Of a stretch of 64,000 bases of DNA, positions 54,096 through 64,000 are shown in pieces (the first letter of the stretch is position 1; every line of letters starts with the position of its first letter). This DNA is from Eledone cirrhosa. Lineage: Eukaryota. The notes below the pieces were generated by a model. The model ran no database searches. It saw only the letters and a program-made list of their open reading frames with translations, and had not been told where the DNA came from. The stretch lies in the NCBI GenBank assembly GCA_964016885.1, contig OZ024744.1, positions 55,428,001 to 55,492,000 on the forward strand, in the 5' to 3' direction. Made by a program: the position numbers and the translations under genes.

Positions 54096-55036
54096 CTAGC
54101 AGAAAACCACCCGGTGGGCGGTTTTCTGTTAGCAAATCTAGTGTATATACTGATATTGTTGAGATTTGGATGAGAAATGTTTTCGGCACCACATGTTCAC
54201 CGTCTCTCGGTGTGTCTTTTATGCATGTATAAATATATATGTTATCTATACGGTGAAATCTTTGAAATAAATATATGTTAAAACGAAAAAGGAGAAAATA
54301 AATAACTGGCGGTTAGAAAAAAATATTCCTATGAAATTTTAATCATACCATTAGGTGTGGATAAGGAAATATTTTTTTATTGTCAAAACAAATGTTCAAA
54401 AGTTAAACTTCAATTTTTTGAATTATTTCCAATTTTTTCAGGAAATTGAACACTGGACATTGGCTGCTGGAAATGGAAATTAAATTGTATTTAATTGTAT
54501 TTAAATTTCTAACCTTATTTTATTATTTATATTTTTTCAATAAGAAATAAAAAAAGACAAAAAAAAAAATTGAAGAAAAAAATTGAACAAATCAAACGTA
54601 GGTTATGGAACTGCGCAATCTGATTAATAAATTACCTCATCAGCAGCAACCTTCTTCAAATGGTCCTTATTATCAGCAGCAACAACCACAAATTCAATGG
54701 CAACCTTCTTCAAACCACAAATTCAATGGCAACCTTCTTCGCATGGTGTCAAGTCAGAACCGCCTCGAACTGGTTACTTCTGGCTTGTGCAAGGTGTCTC
54801 TATAGCAACGAGCGATTCTCTCGGCCTCAGTGACCAAATTCAGTGGAGAGGGGAAGGTAATATTTCTGTAGCACGTGTTTTAGCGTCTATTCACTCTCTC
54901 TCTCTCCCTCTCTCCCTCCCGCTATCCCCTTCTCGTAGTCTGTCTCTTTCTTTCACTCTCACTCTCTCTCTACGCACATATTTCCACTGTCGGACAGACA
55001 GACAGAGAAATTGCTGGTTATATATATATATATAGA
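54096..55036 (-). mobile_element. Non-autonomous Helitron-like element of a different family
   Basis: 5' TCTATATATAT..AACCAGCAATTTCTCTGTCTGTCTGTCC; 3' hairpin ending in CTAG that abuts the TC of unit B. Confidence 0.65.
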
Positions 55037-55043
55037 TATATAT

Positions 55044-55080
<37 letters not shown>

Positions 55081-55085
<5 letters not shown>

Positions 55086-58000
55086 ATCTAAGGCGGGTAA
55101 AATTCCCGAGATCCATGGACGAGTTCTCTCCAGCGGTCTCTGTCCCTCATTATCGCTGCCATGTCCTGCGTCTCCAACAGACCAGTGTCTGTCCTTAGGG
55201 CATCAACATATGTTAACCTTGGTCTTCCTCTTCCAGTGTGTCCATGTAGGGGCTCCCAAAGGAGCACGGAGTGCAATGTCAACTCTGGATGTCGGTGAGC
55301 ATGTCCAGCCAACCTCAGTCTCCTCTGTGTCACTTTTGAGCTGACTTTTGGGAGGCTCCCATACAGCTCTGAGTTTTTCATCCTCAGTGTATACTGATTA
55401 ATGTTCAGAGCCATCCTCAGCATTCTCGTGTAGCACCCATCCACCATCTGAGTGAGTCTCTTGGTCAGTGTCCAAGTCTCAGACCCATACAGCAGCACAG
55501 ACTCCACTACAGCAATGAAGAGGCGGACTTTCAGGTCTCTACGAAGGTCCGACTTCCACACCGATCTCAAGCTGTGGCACGCTGCCCAGGCCTTGCTCTT
55601 CCTCTCAACCACATCATCTTCCGTATTCCCAATCTTTGCTCCCAAATACAGGAAGTCCTCAACCAATTCCAGCGGCTTCCCGCCTACATTAGTGATCCCC
55701 TCTGGCTTCTCAACATTCTCTACCAGATATTTTGTTTTAGTCTCATTCATTCTCAGCCCCACACTCATCGACACAGTCTCAACCTCCCGCATCAAATCCT
55801 CTGCCTCCTTCACTGTATTTGTCACCAAAACTATGTCGTCGGCAAATTCAGCATCCGATACCTTTTTCGCCCCAACTCTCCTGCTCTGAGCCGGTGCTAC
55901 AGTAAAGCCAGAGTCCTGGTGTTTCTCCAGTGCAAGGCGCATACAATAGTCCACTACGATGATAAAAAGGTAGGGAGCCAATGTATCTCCCTGGAGCACT
56001 CCAGCCAGTATCTCAAAGAACTCTGTCATCCCATCAGGTGTAATGACTTGGGCTTTGGTGTTGGTGTAGAGCAGTGATATCAGGTCCACTATCCTCTTGG
56101 GGATTCCATAAGCCTGTAAGATCTTCATCAGGCAGTAACGGTCCACAGAATCAAAGGCCTTCCTAAAGTCAATGAAAACCATGACCGCAGGAAGGCACTT
56201 TGCTCTAGCTCCCTCTAATATCCTCCTCAGCATCAGGATGTGACTGGTGGTTGATCTACCCTCTCTGAAGCCGTTCTGGTTGTCCCTGAGCTTCTTCTCC
56301 ATCTCAGGCTGGATCCTGTTAAGAATCATCCTGTTGAGGGTCTTTGCCACAAGTGACGTCAGTGAGATCCCCCGGTAGTTGTTGGTGTTAGAGAGATCTC
56401 CCTTCTTTGGCACTGGGACGATGTTACTGATCCTCCACTGATTCGGGGCAACTCCCTTCTCCAGTGCCCCGTTACAGAACCCCAGGATGATATCATCAAA
56501 ATCACACCACTTCATCACCTCTGATGCTACTCCATCTTCTCCATGAGCCTTGCCCTCCTTGATCTTCTTCTTGGCTCTCTGAAGCTCCTCTCTGGTGAAG
56601 GGCTCTGTCTCAACATCCAGTTCCTCAAACAGCCGCCTGATCTCCCCAGTGCTCTGGGCTGTGGAGGGTGGCTCTCCTAGTAGGGTCCTAAAATGGTCTA
56701 GCCATTTCCTCTTCCTATCCTCGGGCCCCGTTCCCTGGATCTGACTCGAACACCTTTTCTTCCTCCCTGTGATCTCGTTGATGATCATCCAGCTCTCCTT
56801 ACATCCAGATCTGTCAACCGCTCTCTCCACACTTCTGATCTTCTCTATCAGTGCCTCCTCTCTGACCTCAGTGTAAGCGGTACAGAGCTCTTCCCTCATC
56901 ACCTCCACAGTCTCCATCCTCTCCTCCGTAGGATCAGCATAGAATTGGTCCCTGGCAGCTTTCAGGTGTTCTCTGGCTGCACACACTTTTGGGTCTGCAG
57001 AGCTGACGTGCTTCCCTTTGTTCTTTTTCCTCGGCACCAGGGTTTCACTTGCTTTCGCCACTGCATTGGTGAAGTGCCCGTACCTCCTCGTCACACTCTC
57101 CTCAGTCCATCCAATCTCTCTCTCCTCTGACTCTCCACACAGAGCACTAAACCTGTTTCTCACTTCCACTGTGAACCTCTCCTGTAGCTTATCATCTTCC
57201 TTGAAAGCTCCCCAGTCATAGATTGTTCTCCGGGGCTGAGCCTTGCTCTTTCTTAAGCTCACGCGGACCTCACTCATAACAAGCCGGTGGTCACTACCCA
57301 GTGTACTGAAATAGCTGTATGGTTCCGTGTTCAGAACACTATTCCGCCACTTTTTCCTCACCAGAATGAAATCAATCTGGGACTTGGACAGGTGCACATC
57401 TGAGATGTAGGTCCACATCTTCCCCAGATTCTTCCTAAACCTTAGGTTGGTCGCCATCAAGTTCGCCTCCAGCAGGGTGTCTCTCAGTAGTCTTCCATTT
57501 CGGTTGGTGTTGTTATGGAAGTACCAGCAAGGATCTTCACTGCCCTCCCTACTCAGATGTGCATTGAAGTCCCCCAAAACAAGCAGGATATTGTGTGCCT
57601 GAGTGGTGTTGACAGCTCTACACACTTCCTCATGGAACTCCTCGGCATTCACATCACTGTCCCCCTCGGTTGGACTATAGGCTGAGATGACTGTCAGTCT
57701 TGGGTTTCCATTGAAGGTCACCCTCAACACTCGCGGGGAGATAGGCATTATTTCCCTCACCAACAGATTGGTTTTTGCACTGAACACAAAACCCACTCCT
57801 CCTACTGCAGCATTTGTTGTGTTCTTCACTGCCGATGTAGTGATGAGCTGGCTCTTCCTCCCGATCATCACACTCCTCACGGGCTCATCGTGTAGAATCC
57901 TGTGTTCTTGGATCGCAAGTATCTGTATACCACTCTCCTCGAACAGATGTCCCAACTCCTCTCTCTTCTCCAGCGTTCGAATAGTCCTCACATTCAAAGT

Positions 58001-58393
58001 GCCCATTTTGATGGCTCTTCTGCAGGACAAAACTACATTCTTTATATTTGTCTCAGAGACAGCTGATCCATCATCCACTGGCCCTCTCTGTGGCTCTAAG
58101 CCAGCAGAGTCATAACGACCAGGCTGCTCCTTGACAGTGTAATTAGGGGCTCTAACCCTAGTGCTGTTAGATCGACTCTCCATATTTCTTTTCAATGGCT
58201 GACAATACCTTACCGGCGCCACTCGAATAAGGTAGTTATTTAACCCATAAATGGAGCCCTAACAGGTACTACCACCCCGGGCCAGGGCAGACCTGGGAGT
58301 CATGACAACTAAGGGGTAACTCCATATTCCCCACATCTCCTGAACTCCCGAACTGGAGCCTTGCCACTGGATGTAGTTTAATGTCATACCCAA

Positions 58394-58398
<5 letters not shown>
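55081..58398 (-). mobile_element. Full-length RTE-clade LINE inserted in (TA)n
   Basis: About 200-bp 5'UTR, single ORF, TAGA/TA tail straight after the stop, (TA)n on both flanks. Confidence 0.93.
55088..58222 (-). CDS. RTE LINE polyprotein: APE endonuclease plus reverse transcriptase (1044 codons open; first ATG at 58183)
   Basis: GTLNVRT, IQEHR, YSPT, LGDFNA, QIDFIL, SDH (APE); FIDFRKAFDSV, GVLQGDTLAPYLF, FADD, FLYLG, RRLRLAGH (RT and C-terminus); no internal stops. Confidence 0.96.
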   Translation of the reverse strand: MAPVRYCQPLKRNMESRSNSTRVRAPNYTVKEQPGRYDSAGLEPQRGPVDDGSAVSETNIKNVVLSCRRAIKMGTLNVRTIRTLEKREELGHLFEESGIQILAIQEHRILHDEPVRSVMIGRKSQLITTSAVKNTTNAAVGGVGFVFSAKTNLLVREIMPISPRVLRVTFNGNPRLTVISAYSPTEGDSDVNAEEFHEEVCRAVNTTQAHNILLVLGDFNAHLSREGSEDPCWYFHNNTNRNGRLLRDTLLEANLMATNLRFRKNLGKMWTYISDVHLSKSQIDFILVRKKWRNSVLNTEPYSYFSTLGSDHRLVMSEVRVSLRKSKAQPRRTIYDWGAFKEDDKLQERFTVEVRNRFSALCGESEEREIGWTEESVTRRYGHFTNAVAKASETLVPRKKNKGKHVSSADPKVCAAREHLKAARDQFYADPTEERMETVEVMREELCTAYTEVREEALIEKIRSVERAVDRSGCKESWMIINEITGRKKRCSSQIQGTGPEDRKRKWLDHFRTLLGEPPSTAQSTGEIRRLFEELDVETEPFTREELQRAKKKIKEGKAHGEDGVASEVMKWCDFDDIILGFCNGALEKGVAPNQWRISNIVPVPKKGDLSNTNNYRGISLTSLVAKTLNRMILNRIQPEMEKKLRDNQNGFREGRSTTSHILMLRRILEGARAKCLPAVMVFIDFRKAFDSVDRYCLMKILQAYGIPKRIVDLISLLYTNTKAQVITPDGMTEFFEILAGVLQGDTLAPYLFIIVVDYCMRLALEKHQDSGFTVAPAQSRRVGAKKVSDAEFADDIVLVTNTVKEAEDLMREVETVSMSVGLRMNETKTKYLVENVEKPEGITNVGGKPLELVEDFLYLGAKIGNTEDDVVERKSKAWAACHSLRSVWKSDLRRDLKVRLFIAVVESVLLYGSETWTLTKRLTQMVDGCYTRMLRMALNINQYTLRMKNSELYGSLPKVSSKVTQRRLRLAGHAHRHPELTLHSVLLWEPLHGHTGRGRPRLTYVDALRTDTGLLETQDMAAIMRDRDRWRELVHGSREFYPP

Positions 58399-58435
<37 letters not shown>

Positions 58436-58438
58436 CAA

Positions 58439-58498
<60 letters not shown>

Positions 58499-58635
58499 AG
58501 TGGAAGCTTAGTAAAATCGAAGCTTTGGCTACGGTCAACCAGAATCGACCTACAATTAGGAATGAGTAGCAAAGCACTCAATAGGGTGGGTCCTTAGAGT
58601 AATAACATTATGTTTGGATAGCTTGACAGATTGTA

Positions 58636-58636
<1 letters not shown>

Positions 58637-58718
<82 letters not shown>

Positions 58719-58794
58719 TATATATATGTGTATATGTGAGTGTATATATATGTATATGTGTGTATGTATGTGTATGTGTAAATATGTATTTGTG

Positions 58795-58851
<57 letters not shown>

Positions 58852-58934
58852 GTATATAGATATATATATATGTGTGTGTATATATATATATGTACGTATA
58901 TATATATATGTACATATATATATGTGTGTATATA

Positions 58935-58997
<63 letters not shown>

Positions 58998-59006
58998 GTA
59001 TATATG

Positions 59007-59075
<69 letters not shown>

Positions 59076-59264
59076 ATATCTATATATCTATATATATATG
59101 TATATATATATGTATATATATATATATGTATGTATATATGTATATATTTATATATGTATATATATATATGTATATATATGTATATATATGTATATATATA
59201 TATTTATATATATGTATATATATATGTATATATATATGTATATATATATGTATATATATGTATA

Positions 59265-59333
<69 letters not shown>

Positions 59334-59352
59334 ATATATATATATGTATATA

Positions 59353-59393
<41 letters not shown>

Positions 59394-59706
59394 ATATATA
59401 TATATGTATATATATGTATATATATATGTATATATATGTATATATATATATGTATATATATGTATATATATATATGTATATATATGTATATATATATGTA
59501 TATATATGTATATATATATATGTTTAATATTTCGTATCTCCAAAGAAATACAGTTTTAGGAAGCCGTAGCTATGCAAACACCGGGGGCTAACGCCCTCCG
59601 GTGATGTCCAGAAGAAGCAAGGGGGACAACCGTCTATGTATATATATGTATATATATATATATATATGTATATATATGTGTATATATATATATATGTATA
59701 TATATG

Positions 59707-59751
<45 letters not shown>

Positions 59752-59862
59752 GTATATATATATATGTATATATATATATGTATATATATATATGTATATA
59801 TATATATATGTATATATATGTATATATATATATGTGTGTATATATCTGTATGTATATATATG

Positions 59863-59897
<35 letters not shown>

Positions 59898-59936
59898 GTA
59901 TATATATGTGTATATATATATATGTATATATATATG

Positions 59937-59969
<33 letters not shown>

Positions 59970-60408
59970 TTCGTTTCTGAATTTGCTTAGCAAGATTCTT
60001 TATCTGAAACGTGTGTTGAAACCGATATTGTTATACTTTGGGAGGGTCATGTTGCCAATAAGAAACACATGCACCTGTTGCTTTCACTTCAATTTATTAT
60101 AAAATAAATTTATAAATTTAAGAGTTTATAAATTTCCGGTTGGTTGGTTGGTTCCACAACCAGATGATTGTTCATATATTGTCAAAGTTCTTTCGTCACA
60201 CATTCTGTGACCTCTTCAGTGACTGTTGATTCTTTTCTTTGTTTTTGTGCCTCTCCTTTGTTCTGTCCTACGCCATCTTGTTTTTGTGTGTGTTCATATA
60301 TATATTTATATGTATATATGTATATGTATATATGTATATATGTATATGTATATGTATATATATATATATATGTATATGTATATGTATATATATGTAAATA
60401 TATATATG

Positions 60409-60445
<37 letters not shown>

Positions 60446-60550
60446 GTATATGTATATATATATGTATATATATATATGTATATGTATATCTATATATATA
60501 TGTATATCTATATATATATGTATGTGTATATGTATATATATATGTATATG

Positions 60551-60599
<49 letters not shown>

Positions 60600-60710
60600 G
60601 TATATATATATATATGTATATATATATATGTATATATATATATATGTATATATATGTATATATATCTATGTATATATATATGTATATATATATGTATATA
60701 TATATATATA
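58637..60710. repeat. Large (TA/TG)n microsatellite field with two unique islands (59521-59635, 59969-60295)
   Basis: Direct read. Confidence 0.97.
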
Positions 60711-60741
60711 AGATCAAAAGATGGTCAAAAGAGTTCCAAGT

Positions 60742-60810
60742 ATTTTATTATGCGCATTTCAAAATCAAATATGATCATGGGATGATACTTGCGTTCTCAT
60801 CAGATAAAAT
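60742..60810 (-). ncRNA. Type I hammerhead ribozyme motif
   Basis: Minus strand: attttat-CTGATGA-gaa..caagtat..atatttg..ttt-GAAA-tgcgca-TA-ataaaat; perfect 7-bp stem I and palindromic stem III. Confidence 0.85.
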
Positions 60811-61841
60811 AGGGAGACATGATATGAAGCTTAACAAACACTTGTGAGCAGTGAAGTTTTAAATCAACATATGAAAAATAAAGTAAGATGGATATATGAG
60901 ATTGGAAAACAGGAGGGGGCGGGGAGGGGGGGGGGAAGTAAGGAAGAGGAAGAAAGAAAATAAAGGATGTCGGGAAGGAGTATAAGAAGGAAGGATGAGA
61001 GAGGAGGAGAAATGAGTGATAGAGAGAGAGAAATAGCCTTTACAACTGAGAAAACATTGTCTCACAGAGAGAAATTAAAAAACCGTTGGAAGATAATAGA
61101 TAATTTTAAAAGATTTTGAAATTAAAAGTTATTGAGGTTTATAAATGGTGATGTTTATGATTAAAGAAAAAGGAATTAAGAATAGTATTAATTTAAGGTT
61201 TATATATTGAAGGGTTTAATAATATGTGCGAAAAAAAAAGAATTTATTAATACTGTATGTATTATTAAAATAAAAATATTAAGGATATTAAGGATATAAT
61301 GTGAAAGAAGGAGAAGAATAAATGAATTATGAATTTAGAGGAATTAGTTAGGGTTTAAGTTTGTTTTTATGTATTGTAATATGTAAAAGTAAATAATAAG
61401 TTTAAAACGAGCACGGTAGGAGAGAAGAAAAAAGAGAATTTAAGGAAGAAAAAATATCTAACGGCAAAAAGTATATATATTTACAAAATTTTGTAAATAT
61501 TATTATATATTTGGTAATATTATTATATATTTAAAAATATAGTTTCTATGGCCAATAATATGAAGAAAAATAGAAAAATGGGAAATGCTATAGTGAATAA
61601 TAATATGAATTGAGAAGTATTTGGGAAGTAAAAGTTACAGATTAAAGATTAGAAATTAAAAAAGGAAAAAGGAGAGAAAGGAAAAAGGATAAAAGAAGAA
61701 AGATAGGGGACCTCTAACGACGTAGAATGAGTAAATTGTATAATATAATATACTGAAATAAGGTAGAAAGATGGGTATATTTGTAATAGATATAAAAGCC
61801 TTTGAGAAAAGAAGATTTTAAACTAATTATGTATTGAGATA

Positions 61842-63176
61842 TTAGCTGTATACTTTATGGAAAGTTCTATGGGATTTATGCAAGCAGAGCGAGAATAAAT
61901 CCGTACGTCTATTTATTATAGAATTAAAATTAGATATAATGGTAAATTTCTCGGCTAGGCAGAGATTACATGTTCTGGATAGGGAAGAAATCCGATAAGG
62001 AAAGGCGTTGCAAACCTTCCTCCAAGAGATGTTATAGTTAATATTTTTGTCTTTTAAGGGCCATATGAGTTCCGAGAGTGCCGTGTTAGTTCTTTTAAGT
62101 TGGTATTTAAAAGACGATTTGTGATTGTAAAATCTTGCTTTAAAGGAAGTGGAAGTGGAACCGAAATAGGTAAAAGAATTAGTACCAGTTATAACCTTAC
62201 ATTCATACACTAAGTTTTTATCAAGACATTGGTTATTAAGAGGACATTTAGTTCTAACAGGGCAATTACAATTACGACTAGAGAAATTAACAGAGTTATT
62301 AACAAGTGACCTAGTATTATTTATAGAAGGAATTGGATTGGAGAAGTTATTTACGAAAGGAACTATAGTTTCCTGATTTAGATTGGTATTATGAACATTC
62401 AACGAAGTTACGTTTGACGTCGTATTTAAATTTACTGAATCTAGCCTAGAGTTAACATTGACGTCGGGTATACTATTGCTATTATTATGACGCTCAGTGT
62501 TGGATGGATGTAATTTATTATTTAATATTTTATTATTGTGTTTAGAAATAATGTTAGAGATGTTGGAAGTGGTGGAATAATAAGAGAATTTGATTGTATG
62601 TTTGTTAAAGATTTTACTATAGATATGCGAGGGCGGGAAGCATTTATCTAAGGCCCTAAAGAATAGTTTAGGAATATTACTAGTAATAGATAGAGAAAAA
62701 GGAGCATTATGCCAAATCATATTTTTGTATCTAGGTCTTTTATTTAAGTTATTGGAATGTTCATAATTAACTATTTTACTATAAATCCTTCGATGATTGG
62801 TTTCTTTACTGTATTTAATTTTATCAGGATAACCGGCTTTGGAAAGCGCATTATTATAGTAATTGGCATTAGCGTCGAAGATAATTTTATTAGAGGATAG
62901 ATTTGAGATTCTATTTTCAATATTACTGACTATAGCATTTTTAACGTTAGTGGGGTGGTTAGATTTAAAATTAACATAATTTAGATTCTCATTGTCTTTA
63001 TGGTAAGGGTAATATAGGCCAGTGTCAAGATTAAGGGATATATCCAAGTAGTTAGCTAGTTTGACGTTGTTATCAAATTCAATTTTAAGGTTATGGTGCT
63101 TAAATACATCAAGTATATTGTTCCTAATAATATTAAGGTTAAGTAAGTTACAGTTTAAGACAGTAAAAAGGGCATT
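61842..63176 (-). CDS. Penelope-like RT C-terminus plus GIY-YIG endonuclease (partial; N-terminus lost)
   Basis: Frame stays open upstream of 63047 (..DVFKHHNLKIEFDNNVKLANYLDISL); SNHP, CNC..CPL..C, LVY..TYFGST..FKARFYNHKSSF, CNLCLAEK, INRR..CLHK. Confidence 0.85.
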   Translation of the reverse strand, partial: NALFTVLNCNLLNLNIIRNNILDVFKHHNLKIEFDNNVKLANYLDISLNLDTGLYYPYHKDNENLNYVNFKSNHPTNVKNAIVSNIENRISNLSSNKIIFDANANYYNNALSKAGYPDKIKYSKETNHRRIYSKIVNYEHSNNLNKRPRYKNMIWHNAPFSLSITSNIPKLFFRALDKCFPPSHIYSKIFNKHTIKFSYYSTTSNISNIISKHNNKILNNKLHPSNTERHNNSNSIPDVNVNSRLDSVNLNTTSNVTSLNVHNTNLNQETIVPFVNNFSNPIPSINNTRSLVNNSVNFSSRNCNCPVRTKCPLNNQCLDKNLVYECKVITGTNSFTYFGSTSTSFKARFYNHKSSFKYQLKRTNTALSELIWPLKDKNINYNISWRKVCNAFPYRISSLSRTCNLCLAEKFTIISNFNSIINRRTDLFSLCLHKSHRTFHKVYS

Positions 63177-63239
63177 GCATTGCTTTATTGTAAAAAGGGC
63201 ATTGCATTGCTTTATTGTGGTACAATAAAACTCACCTCC

Positions 63240-63274
<35 letters not shown>

Positions 63275-63275
<1 letters not shown>

Positions 63276-64000
63276 ATTAAGTTAAAAATGTACATCCACA
63301 TATGTATACTGAAATACTAGTATGCATATGAATACACACACGTGTACATATGTAGATGTACCGAGTTTTTCACTGGTCAATTTACTGTGAGTGTCCAGCT
63401 ATTCTGTATGTAAACACACAGACAAACCGGTTTTTAGAGTCATACTGGTTTTCGAGGAAACACCTTTCCTCTATTCTTCAGAAAGCCAGACAAGGAATAT
63501 TGGACTAGTATGACTCTAAAAACCGGTTTGTCTGTGTGTTTACATACAGAATAGCTGGACACTCACAGTAAAGTGACCAGTGAAAAACTCGGTACATCTA
63601 CATATGTACACGTGTGTGTATTCATATGCATACTAGTATTTCAGTATACATATGTGGATGTACATTTTTAACTTAATTGTTTAAGCGTCAGTCATACAAA
63701 AGTGAGTTACAAACGAAACGAAATTTAATTTCGTTTCGTTATTTGTTTTTATCGTCTCCGTTGAACCGGTACGTACTCACGCTCTATGCAAATTAGGCTG
63801 CCCACTACTAATTTTCATAGAAAAAGCATATAACGATATGTGCTTTTACGATTCTCTAGAAAGGCCGGAAGATAGGTAAATATTGCTGATGAGATGTAAC
63901 AACATCGAAACTAGTCCAATATTCCTTGTCTGGCTTTCTGAAGAATAGAGGAAAGGTGTTTCCTCGAAAACCAGTATGACTCTAAAAACCGGTTTGTCTG
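63275..64000. mobile_element. Compound fold-back Penelope-type pseudo-LTR element (runs off the window)
   Basis: Arms 63275-63446 and 63507-63678 are near-perfect inverted repeats; 63419-63508 is also the reverse complement of 63911-64000. Confidence 0.82.
63879..63923 (+). ncRNA. Minimal type I hammerhead ribozyme, fully canonical
   Basis: aatattg-CTGATGA-gatgt(aaca)acatc-GAAA-ctag-TC-caatatt; predicted cleavage after C63916. Confidence 0.92.

Larger units (their letters stand above)
60711..63176 (-). mobile_element. 5'-truncated Penelope-like retroelement (possibly Naiad-type) with a hammerhead-bearing 3' region
   Basis: RT C-terminal part plus GIY-YIG ORF, about 1.1 kb of downstream sequence with a same-strand hammerhead, ending at (TA)n. 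Confidence 0.85.

Noticed and set aside
54605-54805. Gln-rich ORF as a Helitron-captured gene
   Set aside because: Short and built from a local tandem repeat of about 30 bp; no recognisable domain.
55452-58115. Plus-strand ORFs overlapping the LINE
   Set aside because: Antisense shadows of the RTE ORF with no independent motifs.
59521-59635. Hairpin-containing island as a ribozyme or Helitron end
   Set aside because: Hairpins are present (CACCGGGGG/CCCTCCGGTG) but there is no intact catalytic core or CTAG terminus.
58718-60847. YI/CV-rich ORFs (also near 34 kb, 41 kb and 45.5-47.3 kb)
   Set aside because: Translations of dinucleotide microsatellites.

Overview
Animal (eukaryotic) genomic DNA, almost entirely repeats. 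The SINE, LINE and (TA)n content looks like an octopod cephalopod, which is an inference from recalled repeat families. 1-24.4 kb is a 31-bp tandem satellite that produces all the long minus-strand Cys/His 'ORFs', which are spurious. 24.4-64 kb is a nested transposon landscape. It holds one intact RTE LINE ORF (APE+RT, 55088-58222), several decayed RTE, Tx1-like and CRE-like LINE pieces, piggyBac-type and hAT-type MITEs, non-autonomous Helitrons (three fused head-to-tail), tRNA-derived SINEs and Penelope-like (GIY-YIG) remnants. The main unannotated signal is five type I hammerhead ribozyme motifs (45969, 51401, 52035, 60742, 63879). Three sit in fold-back elements, and in two of these the inversion point falls at hammerhead stem III. 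Other leads are an intronless 225-aa ORF with an EB1-C-terminus-like end and a triplicated start region, a TGA at a conserved Cys of a GIY-YIG remnant, and a LINE 3' end apparently flipped between (TA)n tracts. All calls are by eye; no searches were run.
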